From Pseudomonas solani (GTDB lineage Bacteria; Pseudomonadota; Gammaproteobacteria; Pseudomonadales; Pseudomonadaceae), in the NCBI RefSeq assembly GCF_026072635.1, contig NZ_AP023081.1, positions 3,373,850-3,397,849 of the forward strand: DNA of 24,000 nucleotides, read 5' to 3'. Below the pieces are notes generated by a model, which saw only the letters and a list, made by a program, of their open reading frames with translations, was not told where the DNA came from and made no database searches. The position numbers and the translations under genes were made by a program. Below, piece by piece: positions 1-8,642 of this stretch (the stretch's first letter is position 1; each line of letters begins with the position of its first letter).

Positions 1-1002
1 GATAACGTCGCCGGCTGGATCCTCGAACTCGACCGTGGCGCGGGCATCCCCTACGAGGGCAACTACTCCGGTTGGCTGGAGACCAAGTCGGCCCGTCTGG
101 CCCAGGAATCCAAGCAGCAGTCGGCCCATGAAAAGGCCATGAAGGAAGAACTGGAGTGGGTGCGCAAAGGCGCCAAGGCCCGCCAGTCGAAATCCAAGGC
201 CCGCCTGCAGCGCTTCGAGGAAATGCAATCCCAGGAATTCCAGAAGCGCAGCGAGACCAACGAGATCTACATCCCGGCCGGTCCGCGCCTGGGCGACAAG
301 GTCATCGAGTTCAAGAACGTCACCAAGGGCTACGGCGACCGCGTGCTGATCGACAACCTGTCGTTCTCCATGCCCAAGGGCGCCATCGTCGGCGTGATCG
401 GCGGTAACGGTGCCGGTAAGTCGACTCTGTTCCGCATGCTCATGGGCAAGGAGCAGCCGGACTCGGGCAGCATCGAGATCGGCGAGACCGTGCAACTGGC
501 CTGCGTGGACCAGAGCCGCGACGACCTGGATGGCAGCAAGACCGTGTTCCAGCAGATTTCCGACGGCTCCGACCAGATCCGCATCGGCAACTACGAGATC
601 CCGTCGCGCACCTACGTCGGTCGCTTCAACTTCAAGGGCGGCGACCAGCAGAAGTTCGTCAAGGACCTGTCCGGTGGTGAGCGTGGCCGCCTGCACCTGG
701 CCCTGACCCTGAAGGAGGGTGGCAACGTCCTCCTGCTCGACGAACCGTCCAACGACCTCGACGTCGAAACCCTGCGCTCCCTGGAAGAAGCCCTGCTGGA
801 CTTCCCCGGCGCCGCCATCGTGATTTCCCACGATCGGTGGTTCCTGGACCGCGTCGCCACCCACATCCTGGCGTACGAAGACGACTCGCAAGCGGTGTTC
901 TTCGAAGGCAACTACACCGAGTACGAAGCCGATCGCAAGAAACGCCTGGGCGATGCCGCTGCCCAGCCGCACCGCGTGCGTCACAAGAAGCTGGCCCAGT
1001 GA
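1..1002 (+). CDS. ettA: ABC-F translational throttle ATPase EttA (YjjK), C-terminal ~333 aa; the 5' end lies upstream of the window
   Basis: Frame 1 is open from base 1 ([29 protein letters not shown]...) and runs into the 139..1002 ORF. Second ABC cassette has Walker [10 protein letters not shown], signature LSGGERGRL and Walker [12 protein letters not shown]. Stop at 1000-1002. Confidence 0.93.
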   Translation, partial: DNVAGWILELDRGAGIPYEGNYSGWLETKSARLAQESKQQSAHEKAMKEELEWVRKGAKARQSKSKARLQRFEEMQSQEFQKRSETNEIYIPAGPRLGDKVIEFKNVTKGYGDRVLIDNLSFSMPKGAIVGVIGGNGAGKSTLFRMLMGKEQPDSGSIEIGETVQLACVDQSRDDLDGSKTVFQQISDGSDQIRIGNYEIPSRTYVGRFNFKGGDQQKFVKDLSGGERGRLHLALTLKEGGNVLLLDEPSNDLDVETLRSLEEALLDFPGAAIVISHDRWFLDRVATHILAYEDDSQAVFFEGNYTEYEADRKKRLGDAAAQPHRVRHKKLAQ

Positions 1003-1044
1003 CCTGAGGTCAGCCCCCGGTTGATGCCGGGTGGGCCGCAAAAG

Positions 1045-1070
1045 AAAACGGAGCCGAAAGGCTCCGTTTT
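1045..1070. terminator. Bidirectional intrinsic terminator between convergent ettA and the 135-aa gene
   Basis: AAAA-CGGAGCC-GAAA-GGCTCCG-TTTT: 7-bp GC-rich stem, GAAA tetraloop, A-run upstream and T-run downstream, so it can terminate either strand. Confidence 0.8.
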
Positions 1071-1086
1071 CGTTTCCGCTCCCGGC

Positions 1087-1494
1087 TTACTTCACCTTGC
1101 GGGCCAGGTCGTCCAGGCTGCGTTGCAACTGGTCGGTCTTGCGTGCCTGCTCATCCAGCCCGCGCTGGATGCCGGAGATGTCGTTGGCCGAGCCGCTGTC
1201 GCGCTTGAGGTCGTCCACCTGGCGCCTCAGGGCGCTGATGGTGTCGGCCTGATCGCTGCTCAGCTGATTCAGCTTGTTGATGTGCTTCTGCATCTCCTTG
1301 AGATCGCCGACGCTGATGTTGCTCTCCGTCAGTTGGCCCCCGTGGGAGGTGCTATCCACAGCGGCGAGGTTGTCATAGCTGCTGGCCGAGCCTGCCATCT
1401 CGACACCTGCTCGGGCCTGGCCGATGCCGGCGAGCAGCAGGGCGGTGAGCGTGGTGGCGGCGAGGAGGGAAGGACGCATGCGCGAGCGGTACAT
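1087..1494 (-). CDS. Secreted coiled-coil protein of unknown function (135 aa)
   Basis: N-terminus MYRSRMRPSLLAATTLTALLLAGIGQARA looks like a Sec signal peptide. The rest is heptad-like and Q/D/L/K-rich. AGGAG lies 8 nt upstream of the ATG at 1494. Confidence 0.7.
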   Translation of the reverse strand: MYRSRMRPSLLAATTLTALLLAGIGQARAGVEMAGSASSYDNLAAVDSTSHGGQLTESNISVGDLKEMQKHINKLNQLSSDQADTISALRRQVDDLKRDSGSANDISGIQRGLDEQARKTDQLQRSLDDLARKVK

Positions 1495-1815
1495 GGATGG
1501 ACTCCTGGGAGTGAGTGCCGAAATGGCACATCGCTATGACTGGCGCGAATGTGCCGAGTTCTCCCGTGGAAATGGGTGGATACAAAGGCCAGGCGGCAGC
1601 GCCCCGCTCGCTCGGTGCTCGCGCGAATGCGCTATTTGAGAGCCTGGATTGCGCCGACAAGGTGCAAGCTTTGCTCGACGAAATCCCCGTTTCATAGGGG
1701 TTTATTCCCTTCGATTGCGGCGTCTTTTATAGATTTGCACCAAAAAGATTCAATAAAGCGTCATCTTGCACTTTTGTAGGGCGCATTTTCCTTGCTAGAG
1801 TCAGCGCCCTTTTGA

Positions 1816-3174
<1,359 letters not shown>

Positions 3175-3214
3175 GTCGCGACATCCCCTGGTGGGAGCGG
3201 ATTCATCCGCGACG

Positions 3215-3244
3215 AAAAAGGGCAGCCGAATGGCTGCCCTTTTC
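3215..3244. terminator. Bidirectional intrinsic terminator between convergent gdhA and the lipoprotein gene
   Basis: AAAAAGGGCAGCC-GAAT-GGCTGCCCTTTTCG: perfect stem flanked by an A-run and a T-run. Confidence 0.85.
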
Positions 3245-3271
3245 GTTTGCGCGACGGTTGTGCCCGGCCGC

Positions 3272-3643
3272 TCAATGGCCGGTCAGGGCGCGGTCCATGG
3301 CGCGGCGCTTGTCACGCTCCCAGTCCTCGTCGCGATCCTTGGATACCTGCTCGTGGAACTCCCGTAGCTCTTCGCTGCGCACCTGCTCCTTGCACTGCTC
3401 GAAGCCGTCGCCCCAGCCTTCGGCGTAGGTGCGCTCCTTGAGGTAGCGCGGCACGTCCTTGCGGAAGGCGCCGGTGATCACGCCTGCCGCCTGGCGGCCA
3501 CTGCTGCAGCCGTCGCGGAAGCCGTCGGCGAAGGCCGGTGGGTAGCCTTCGGCGATCAGGTGTTGGTGGGTGCTCTCGCAGCCGGCCAGCAGGGCGCAGC
3601 CGAGTAGGAGGGGGATGGCAAGGGCGGCGCGGAATGACGCCAT
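3272..3643 (-). CDS. Small lipoprotein of unknown function (123 aa from the internal Met)
   Basis: MASFRAALAIPLLLGCALLAGCES carries a lipobox (LLAGC). GGGAG lies just upstream of the ATG at 3643. The longer 3679 start has no SD and would sit inside a hairpin. Confidence 0.75.
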   Translation of the reverse strand: MASFRAALAIPLLLGCALLAGCESTHQHLIAEGYPPAFADGFRDGCSSGRQAAGVITGAFRKDVPRYLKERTYAEGWGDGFEQCKEQVRSEELREFHEQVSKDRDEDWERDKRRAMDRALTGH

Positions 3644-3698
3644 GTTCGACTCCCGTACGCCCGTTACCCGGGCGTACATGCGCTGATTTCATTGCGGC

Positions 3699-3720
3699 GG
3701 CCACCCCGGGAGGGGCGGCC
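3699..3720 (-). terminator. GC-rich stem-loop about 37 nt downstream of the rtcA stop (candidate operon-end terminator or 3' stabiliser, no U-tract)
   Basis: Minus-strand RNA GGCCGCCCC-UCCC-GGGGUGGCC forms 9 bp including one G-U wobble. On the plus strand the same position is an A-C mismatch, so the structure favours the minus-strand transcript. Confidence 0.4.
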
Positions 3721-3756
3721 TGGCGCAAGTATCGGCGGGAGGATGTCGTGGTTTCG

Positions 3757-4782
3757 TCAAACCGCCGTGATGGCGATGTCGTGGAAATCCTGCCGCTTAC
3801 TCTGTATCTGACAGCGGACGGGCAGGAATTGCTGGATCACCTCGATATTGCTCACCAGGTGGTCGCTGAGCACCAGGGTGCTGAAGCTGCCACCGCCGGC
3901 CAGGGCCATGGGCAGCAGCAGCTGGTCCGACAGGTGCTCGCCCACCGCGGTGCCAGAAGCCAGCCAGGCACGGGCCTCGTCCACCGCCAGGTCGGCGACT
4001 CGCTCCGCACCCAGGCGGGGCTGGCCGAAGGCGCTGAACACCTCGGTCAGGGTCGCGCAGCCGATCTCCAGCAGCAGGGCATTGCCCGGCCCCTGGTCAT
4101 TGTCGATGAACTGCAGGTGCAGCTCGTCCTCACTCCAGCCCAGGCGCTTGCCCACCCGTTGCAGCTCGCGTTCGCCGACATGGCCGGGAACCCCGGCGAC
4201 CAGCGCGCGTGCCTGGCGCTTCAACACCGCGCCCGGTGCCTCCAGGTGCAGCGGCTGCAGTTCGCCGGGTGCCATGCGCAACCGCACCACGCCGCCACCG
4301 GCCATCATGAAGCCGTGGCGCAGCAGCTCCAGCTCCACCTCGGCGCCCATGCGGCGCAGCAGCGGCAGCCAGGCGCACTGGAGAAAGTCCACCGGCGGCG
4401 CCAGCGGGTTGTGGGTGCCGCCGCTGACGTCCAGGGTGCTAGGCCCGTCGGCGAACAGCAGCGCCGGCAGCAGGGTCTGCAGCACCAGGGTGCAACTGCC
4501 CCCGCTGCCAATGGCGAAACGGTAGTCGCCGCCGCGTATCGGCCCGGGCGTGAAGCACAGCGTCTGCGAGCCCAGCTCCGCGCCCTCGACCACTGCCCCG
4601 GACACCTGCGCTGCCGCCAGTACCGCCGTCAGGTGCTGGCGCAACAGGCCCGGTCGGCTGCGCTTCGCACGGATATTGCGGATGCGGAACGCGCGCCCGC
4701 TGATCATCGACAGGCTCAGCGCGCTGCGCAGTATCTGGCCGCCACCGATGGCGCCGTCGAGTTCGAGAAAATCCTTGTTCAT
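3757..4782 (-). CDS. rtcA: RNA 3'-terminal phosphate cyclase RtcA (341 aa)
   Basis: LELDGAIGGGQILRSALSLSMISGRAFRIRNIRAKRSRPGLLRQHL N-terminal signature, and the C-terminal adenylylated-His context VGEHLSDQLLLPMALAGG. Confidence 0.95.
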   Translation of the reverse strand: MNKDFLELDGAIGGGQILRSALSLSMISGRAFRIRNIRAKRSRPGLLRQHLTAVLAAAQVSGAVVEGAELGSQTLCFTPGPIRGGDYRFAIGSGGSCTLVLQTLLPALLFADGPSTLDVSGGTHNPLAPPVDFLQCAWLPLLRRMGAEVELELLRHGFMMAGGGVVRLRMAPGELQPLHLEAPGAVLKRQARALVAGVPGHVGERELQRVGKRLGWSEDELHLQFIDNDQGPGNALLLEIGCATLTEVFSAFGQPRLGAERVADLAVDEARAWLASGTAVGEHLSDQLLLPMALAGGGSFSTLVLSDHLVSNIEVIQQFLPVRCQIQSKRQDFHDIAITAV

Positions 4783-4822
4783 GTCTTCAGTGTTCCGATC
4801 AATTGCTTCCGCTTGGGCGCTT

Positions 4823-6202
4823 TCACAGCAGCCGTATCAGGGCCGTCAGTTCTTCTTCGGGTATCAGTTGCCTGTCGCGCAGGCCTTCCAGGCGGGCCTT
4901 GAGTGGCGCGGCAGACGCCCAGTATCTGTTCGGTCGCCAGCGCTGACGCCAGGACTGGAACGCCTGTAGCCAGAGCTCGCGCTGGTCTTCAGCAGCGTTG
5001 CACAGGCCGTCCAGCAGGCTTTCCGACTGAGCGCCGGAGGGCAGCATCAGGATGAGGTGCAGGCTGCCCGGTATGTCCTCCACGGCACGACGGGCGATCT
5101 CTGCCTGCAGTGCCGGCTCGAATGCCGGGTGGCGCAGGCGCTTCAAGGCCAGGAGTGCCGCCACGATCACGCCCGGTGCGGCGTCGTCCAGCAGGACGAG
5201 GCTCGCCTCGCTTGCGTGTTCAGGGGCGAGCTCCATCAGCACCTGCAGGCCCTTGCGGCGTACGGAGGGCAGTGGCGTGGCGAGCGCCTGGTGGGCCAGC
5301 GGAACGGATTCCTCCATGCGCAGCTCAGCGGCCTGACCGAGCACGCCGTGCCAGTGCGCCCTGTCCTCCGGCAACTGCTCCAGGGCACGTCGCACCACGG
5401 CCGGGGCGTCGACGCCGTGGCGAGGCGCAGCCCAGCGCGCCAGGTCGCGAACGGCGGGCGAGCTGTCCAGCAGGGCCGTTTCCAGCCAGCTGTGCAGTTC
5501 TGCTGCGTCGGGTTCACCCTTGAGCAGCGCATACAGGGCCTTGGCGCGCAGGCGGCCGCTGCGGTCCATCAAGGCTCGGCGCCAGAGCGGGCCGGCCAAT
5601 TCGGACGGCGCCTTGCCCAGCGCGTCCATGGCCTGGGTGCGCAGGGTTGGATCGGGGTGTGCCAGGGCGGTCCCGAGCAGTTCGGCGTCGAGGTTGCCCT
5701 CCGCCATCAAGGTGCTGAAGACGAAGCGTGCCTCCCGCCCGCTCAGGCCTGGCAGCGCCTGAAGCAAGGTCGGGCGCAGCGCGGGCTCTCGCAGGCGTTC
5801 CTGGATGCTGGCCAGGGCCACGCTGTGGTCGGCGCGCATCTTGCGCTGCAGGTCCAGCAGCAGGTCGAGGTTGGCCAGCAGGCTCTCGGCAGACGCTGCG
5901 ACCAGACGTTGTTCCAGGGCACCCCGTGCCAGCTCGCGCAGGCTCGCTACTGAATCGTTCAGGCAGACGAGGCAATAGGCCAAAGCGGATTCGTCGCCCC
6001 GTTCGAGGTGCCGGCGCAGCACGCCCTCGCGGATGAAACCGTTGTGCTGCCGGGGCAGCTCGCGGGCGCTGAGGGCGACGCCGTTGGCCAGGGCGGTTTC
6101 GGCTTCGTCCAGCCGGTATCGCAGCCAGTCGGTGTATTCGCCGGCAGCCTGTTTCACGCGTAGCTGGTCCCGCCAATGGGCGAGCCATTGCGTTGTGTTC
6201 AT
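4823..6202 (-). CDS. HEAT/PBS-lyase-like helical repeat protein, function unknown (459 aa), inside the rtc operon
   Basis: Strong AAGGAG SD 8 nt upstream of the ATG at 6202. Recurrent units of the type D-x-x-x-x-(V/L)R-x-x-A-x-x-AL: HPDPTLRTQAMDALGKAP, LMDRSGRLRAKALYALLKG, LLDSSPAVRDLARWAA, TPLPSVRRKGLQVLMELAP, LLDDAAPGVIVAALLALKRLRHP. Same strand as rtcA, 40 nt upstream of it. Confidence 0.75.
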   Translation of the reverse strand: MNTTQWLAHWRDQLRVKQAAGEYTDWLRYRLDEAETALANGVALSARELPRQHNGFIREGVLRRHLERGDESALAYCLVCLNDSVASLRELARGALEQRLVAASAESLLANLDLLLDLQRKMRADHSVALASIQERLREPALRPTLLQALPGLSGREARFVFSTLMAEGNLDAELLGTALAHPDPTLRTQAMDALGKAPSELAGPLWRRALMDRSGRLRAKALYALLKGEPDAAELHSWLETALLDSSPAVRDLARWAAPRHGVDAPAVVRRALEQLPEDRAHWHGVLGQAAELRMEESVPLAHQALATPLPSVRRKGLQVLMELAPEHASEASLVLLDDAAPGVIVAALLALKRLRHPAFEPALQAEIARRAVEDIPGSLHLILMLPSGAQSESLLDGLCNAAEDQRELWLQAFQSWRQRWRPNRYWASAAPLKARLEGLRDRQLIPEEELTALIRLL

Positions 6203-6250
6203 TGGAGCTCTCCTTGGATGGGGATCAGGCCCAATCCCTGTCCCGCCGGC

Positions 6251-7156
6251 TTATGGCGTCGGGGCGGGTGTATTCAATAGCGGTGCCAGTGGCACGCTCT
6301 GTGGGCGCAGGGTCGCTGCGCAGTGGCCCAGGCGGGTGGTTTCCGCCTGGGCCTGGGAGGTGCTTTCCGCCACCTGCATCAGGGCGTAGCGGGTAGTGCC
6401 CGGGGTGCCGGTGTCGATGACCGCATAGGGCCCCAGGCACTCGGGCTGCCGGGTGCGTGAGGCATGGGCAGCGGTGATGCTGGCGTGGCGCTCGGCGATT
6501 ACCGCGAGCAGCGGCGCTGGCGGCGGAGTGGCGGCTTCGGCCAGGGCCGAGTGGTCGCCATTCCACTTCAGGTTGCGGGTTTCCAGGCGGTCTGGCGCGT
6601 TGTTCTCCGTGGCGTGGTAGCGCACCAGCAGCACCGGATTTTCACCGGTGGCGGCCAGCACCCAACTCTGGTTCGGCCCCGGGGCTTCGTCGTGGGACCA
6701 GGCCAGGCGCGGGCCCTGGGCCGTTGCCAGGTAGAGGGCGTGGCGGCGCTTGGGATGCTCGAAGCCTGCCATCTGGGTGACCAGCAGCGCCGGCTCGCCA
6801 TCCGCCAGCGGCAGCGGGCGTGCCGAAGCGCTGACCTGCCCTTCCTCCTCGCCGGTTATCCACACCCTTGGTTGGGCCGAAGCGCTCGCCAGGGGCGTAC
6901 TGGTGCCGTACAGGGGATCGGGCTCCGCTGGCTGGGCCGGTGCAGCCGTCGCCGACCAGGCCAGCGCCGCCGGGGCGCCCACCGGCTGGCCGCCACGCAA
7001 CAGGCGCAGCTCGAAGGGGCAGGGCGCCTGGGTGCAGGCGGGCAGCGACAGTTCGAAGGCCGTTGTAGCGTCCAGGGCGACGGTTTCCAGCCGCTGGCGC
7101 TCCTGGGCGGCCAGGCCGAGGAGCGCCGGCAGGGTGATAAGCAGTTTGAAGTCCAT
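6251..7156 (-). CDS. Hypothetical protein with signal-peptide-like N-terminus (301 aa), inside the rtc operon
   Basis: MDFKLLITLPALLGLAAQE (hydrophobic core plus an A-A-Q cleavage-like site). Natural-looking composition, unlike the R/G/A-rich opposite-strand ORF 6464..7333. GGGAG SD upstream. 29 nt downstream of the NTase gene. Confidence 0.65.
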   Translation of the reverse strand: MDFKLLITLPALLGLAAQERQRLETVALDATTAFELSLPACTQAPCPFELRLLRGGQPVGAPAALAWSATAAPAQPAEPDPLYGTSTPLASASAQPRVWITGEEEGQVSASARPLPLADGEPALLVTQMAGFEHPKRRHALYLATAQGPRLAWSHDEAPGPNQSWVLAATGENPVLLVRYHATENNAPDRLETRNLKWNGDHSALAEAATPPPAPLLAVIAERHASITAAHASRTRQPECLGPYAVIDTGTPGTTRYALMQVAESTSQAQAETTRLGHCAATLRPQSVPLAPLLNTPAPTP

Positions 7157-7185
7157 TTCCCGTGTTCTCCCTTTACTCGTTGGCG

Positions 7186-7983
7186 TCAGGCGGCGTGGGT
7201 CCGCACGCAGTGGCGCATGAATTCATCCAGCAGGGCGTCATCGCCCTCGCCCCGTGGCAGCTGTGGCGCTTCACCGGCGCTGGCCAGCTGGGTTTCGATG
7301 AAGGCGTGCAACACCTCGCGGCGAGGGCCGTAGGTGGCTTCGGTCCCCGCACGCTTGAGTTGCAGCAGCGCGTGTATTTCCTCCAGCAGTGCAGCGTCAT
7401 CCAGGGTCACCAGCAGGTCCTCGAAGGGCATCGGCGGGCGGCCGCGGCCTTGGTCGAGCCAGCGTACCGCCAGGAGCGGGCGCAGGACGTAGAGGTACTT
7501 CTTGAAACGCACGGTCTCGTCTTGCAGATAGCCCCGGAAGTTCTTCTTGGCCATGGACAGGTAGTGGTGACGCACGGCACGGGGCGACCAGAAGGCTTCG
7601 GCCAGTTCACGCAGGCGTGCGCTGGCGGCCTCGTCCTGGCGGTACACCAGAGGCGAGTCGAGCCATTCCAGCAGCGTGGGGTTGGAGTTGCGCAGCAGGC
7701 GCAGGGCCTTGCGCAGTTCCCAGCCGCTGACGTCCAGCTCGTCGTCCAGCGGGCGCTCGATCACGTCGCGCGGCTCACGCACCTGCAGGTACCAGTCGGG
7801 TTGCTCGACGTAGACGAAGCGCACGTCGTAGTCGCTGTCGCTGGAGGCGAAGCCCCAGGCGCGGCTGCCGGATTCGCAGGCGTAGAGCACGGTGACGTTG
7901 CGCTCGCGTTCGACCCGGTGCAGTTCCTCCAGCACCCGCTCGCGCATGGCGGCGGGGAGGGGATGGCGGTGGTCGCTGGTCAT
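7186..7983 (-). CDS. RlaP-type (RNA-ligase-associated) Pol-beta-fold nucleotidyltransferase (265 aa)
   Basis: Pol-beta NTase signature in LYACESGSRAWGFASSDSDYDVRFVY (G-S ... D-x-D), followed by the helical C-terminal region typical of the COG3541/PF10127 family that co-occurs with RtcB. AAAGGAAC SD. Confidence 0.85.
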   Translation of the reverse strand: MTSDHRHPLPAAMRERVLEELHRVERERNVTVLYACESGSRAWGFASSDSDYDVRFVYVEQPDWYLQVREPRDVIERPLDDELDVSGWELRKALRLLRNSNPTLLEWLDSPLVYRQDEAASARLRELAEAFWSPRAVRHHYLSMAKKNFRGYLQDETVRFKKYLYVLRPLLAVRWLDQGRGRPPMPFEDLLVTLDDAALLEEIHALLQLKRAGTEATYGPRREVLHAFIETQLASAGEAPQLPRGEGDDALLDEFMRHCVRTHAA

Positions 7984-8004
7984 TTCGTTGGTTCCTTTAC
8001 TGCT

Positions 8005-8583
8005 TCAATCGGTGGCGCTGGCGGCCAGCGCGCTGAGTGTTCGTCGTCTCGGGTTGTACAGGGTGAGGCACCAGATGCCCCACCATTCCTTGCCGTCATC
8101 GAAGTAGCTGCTCCAGGCGCTGCGCTGGGGTTCGTCGTCGGCGTTGCCCACCCAGTCCAGCACCTGCAGCCCTTCGCCGGCATGCAGCCGCAGGACCTCG
8201 CGCCATTCGCGGAAATCCTCCACCTGCAGCGTGCTGCCATAGGGCGGGCCGACCAGGGCCCGGTACAGCGGCCCATCGTCCCGCGCCAGGTCCTCGATGC
8301 GCGCGGCATCCAGGGCCTGCGGGCGGGCCCGGTCCAGGTCGGGGATCAGCTCCGGCCAGGGTTTATTGGCGTACTGCGGGTGTTCTTCCAGCAGCTTGCG
8401 GCGCCATGCCTGGGAGCGTTCGCGAATGCCTTCGAACAGCACCCGCAGCGCATCCTTGTGCTCGGCCTCGCCGGGGCGGGCGGTGGCATCCAGGCCCAGC
8501 ACGACGAAGTCGAAGACGCTGCCGGCTTCGTCGAGGCGGGCCTGGAGCTCCGTCACCCGGCGGTTTTCCAGTTTCTGCAGCAT
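8005..8583 (-). CDS. Hypothetical protein (192 aa; alternative start at 8598 gives 197 aa), first gene after rtcB
   Basis: The ATG at 8583 has AAGGGG 6 nt upstream; the ATG at 8598 has no SD. Trp-rich C-terminal half (DFREWREVLRLH, VLDWVGN, GKEWWGIWCLTLYNP). I recognise no family. Confidence 0.7.
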   Translation of the reverse strand: MLQKLENRRVTELQARLDEAGSVFDFVVLGLDATARPGEAEHKDALRVLFEGIRERSQAWRRKLLEEHPQYANKPWPELIPDLDRARPQALDAARIEDLARDDGPLYRALVGPPYGSTLQVEDFREWREVLRLHAGEGLQVLDWVGNADDEPQRSAWSSYFDDGKEWWGIWCLTLYNPRRRTLSALAASATD

Positions 8584-8642
8584 GAGTCGCCCCTTCATGA
8601 ATGTTGAAAAACGTTGGCGAGGCAGTCAGCGCAGATAGCTTT

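Noticed and set aside
3538-4902. 454-aa plus-strand ORF overlapping rtcA
   Set aside because: Arg/Gln/Ala-rich nonsense-like sequence opposite a clear rtcA. Long stop-free antisense frames are expected at this GC content.
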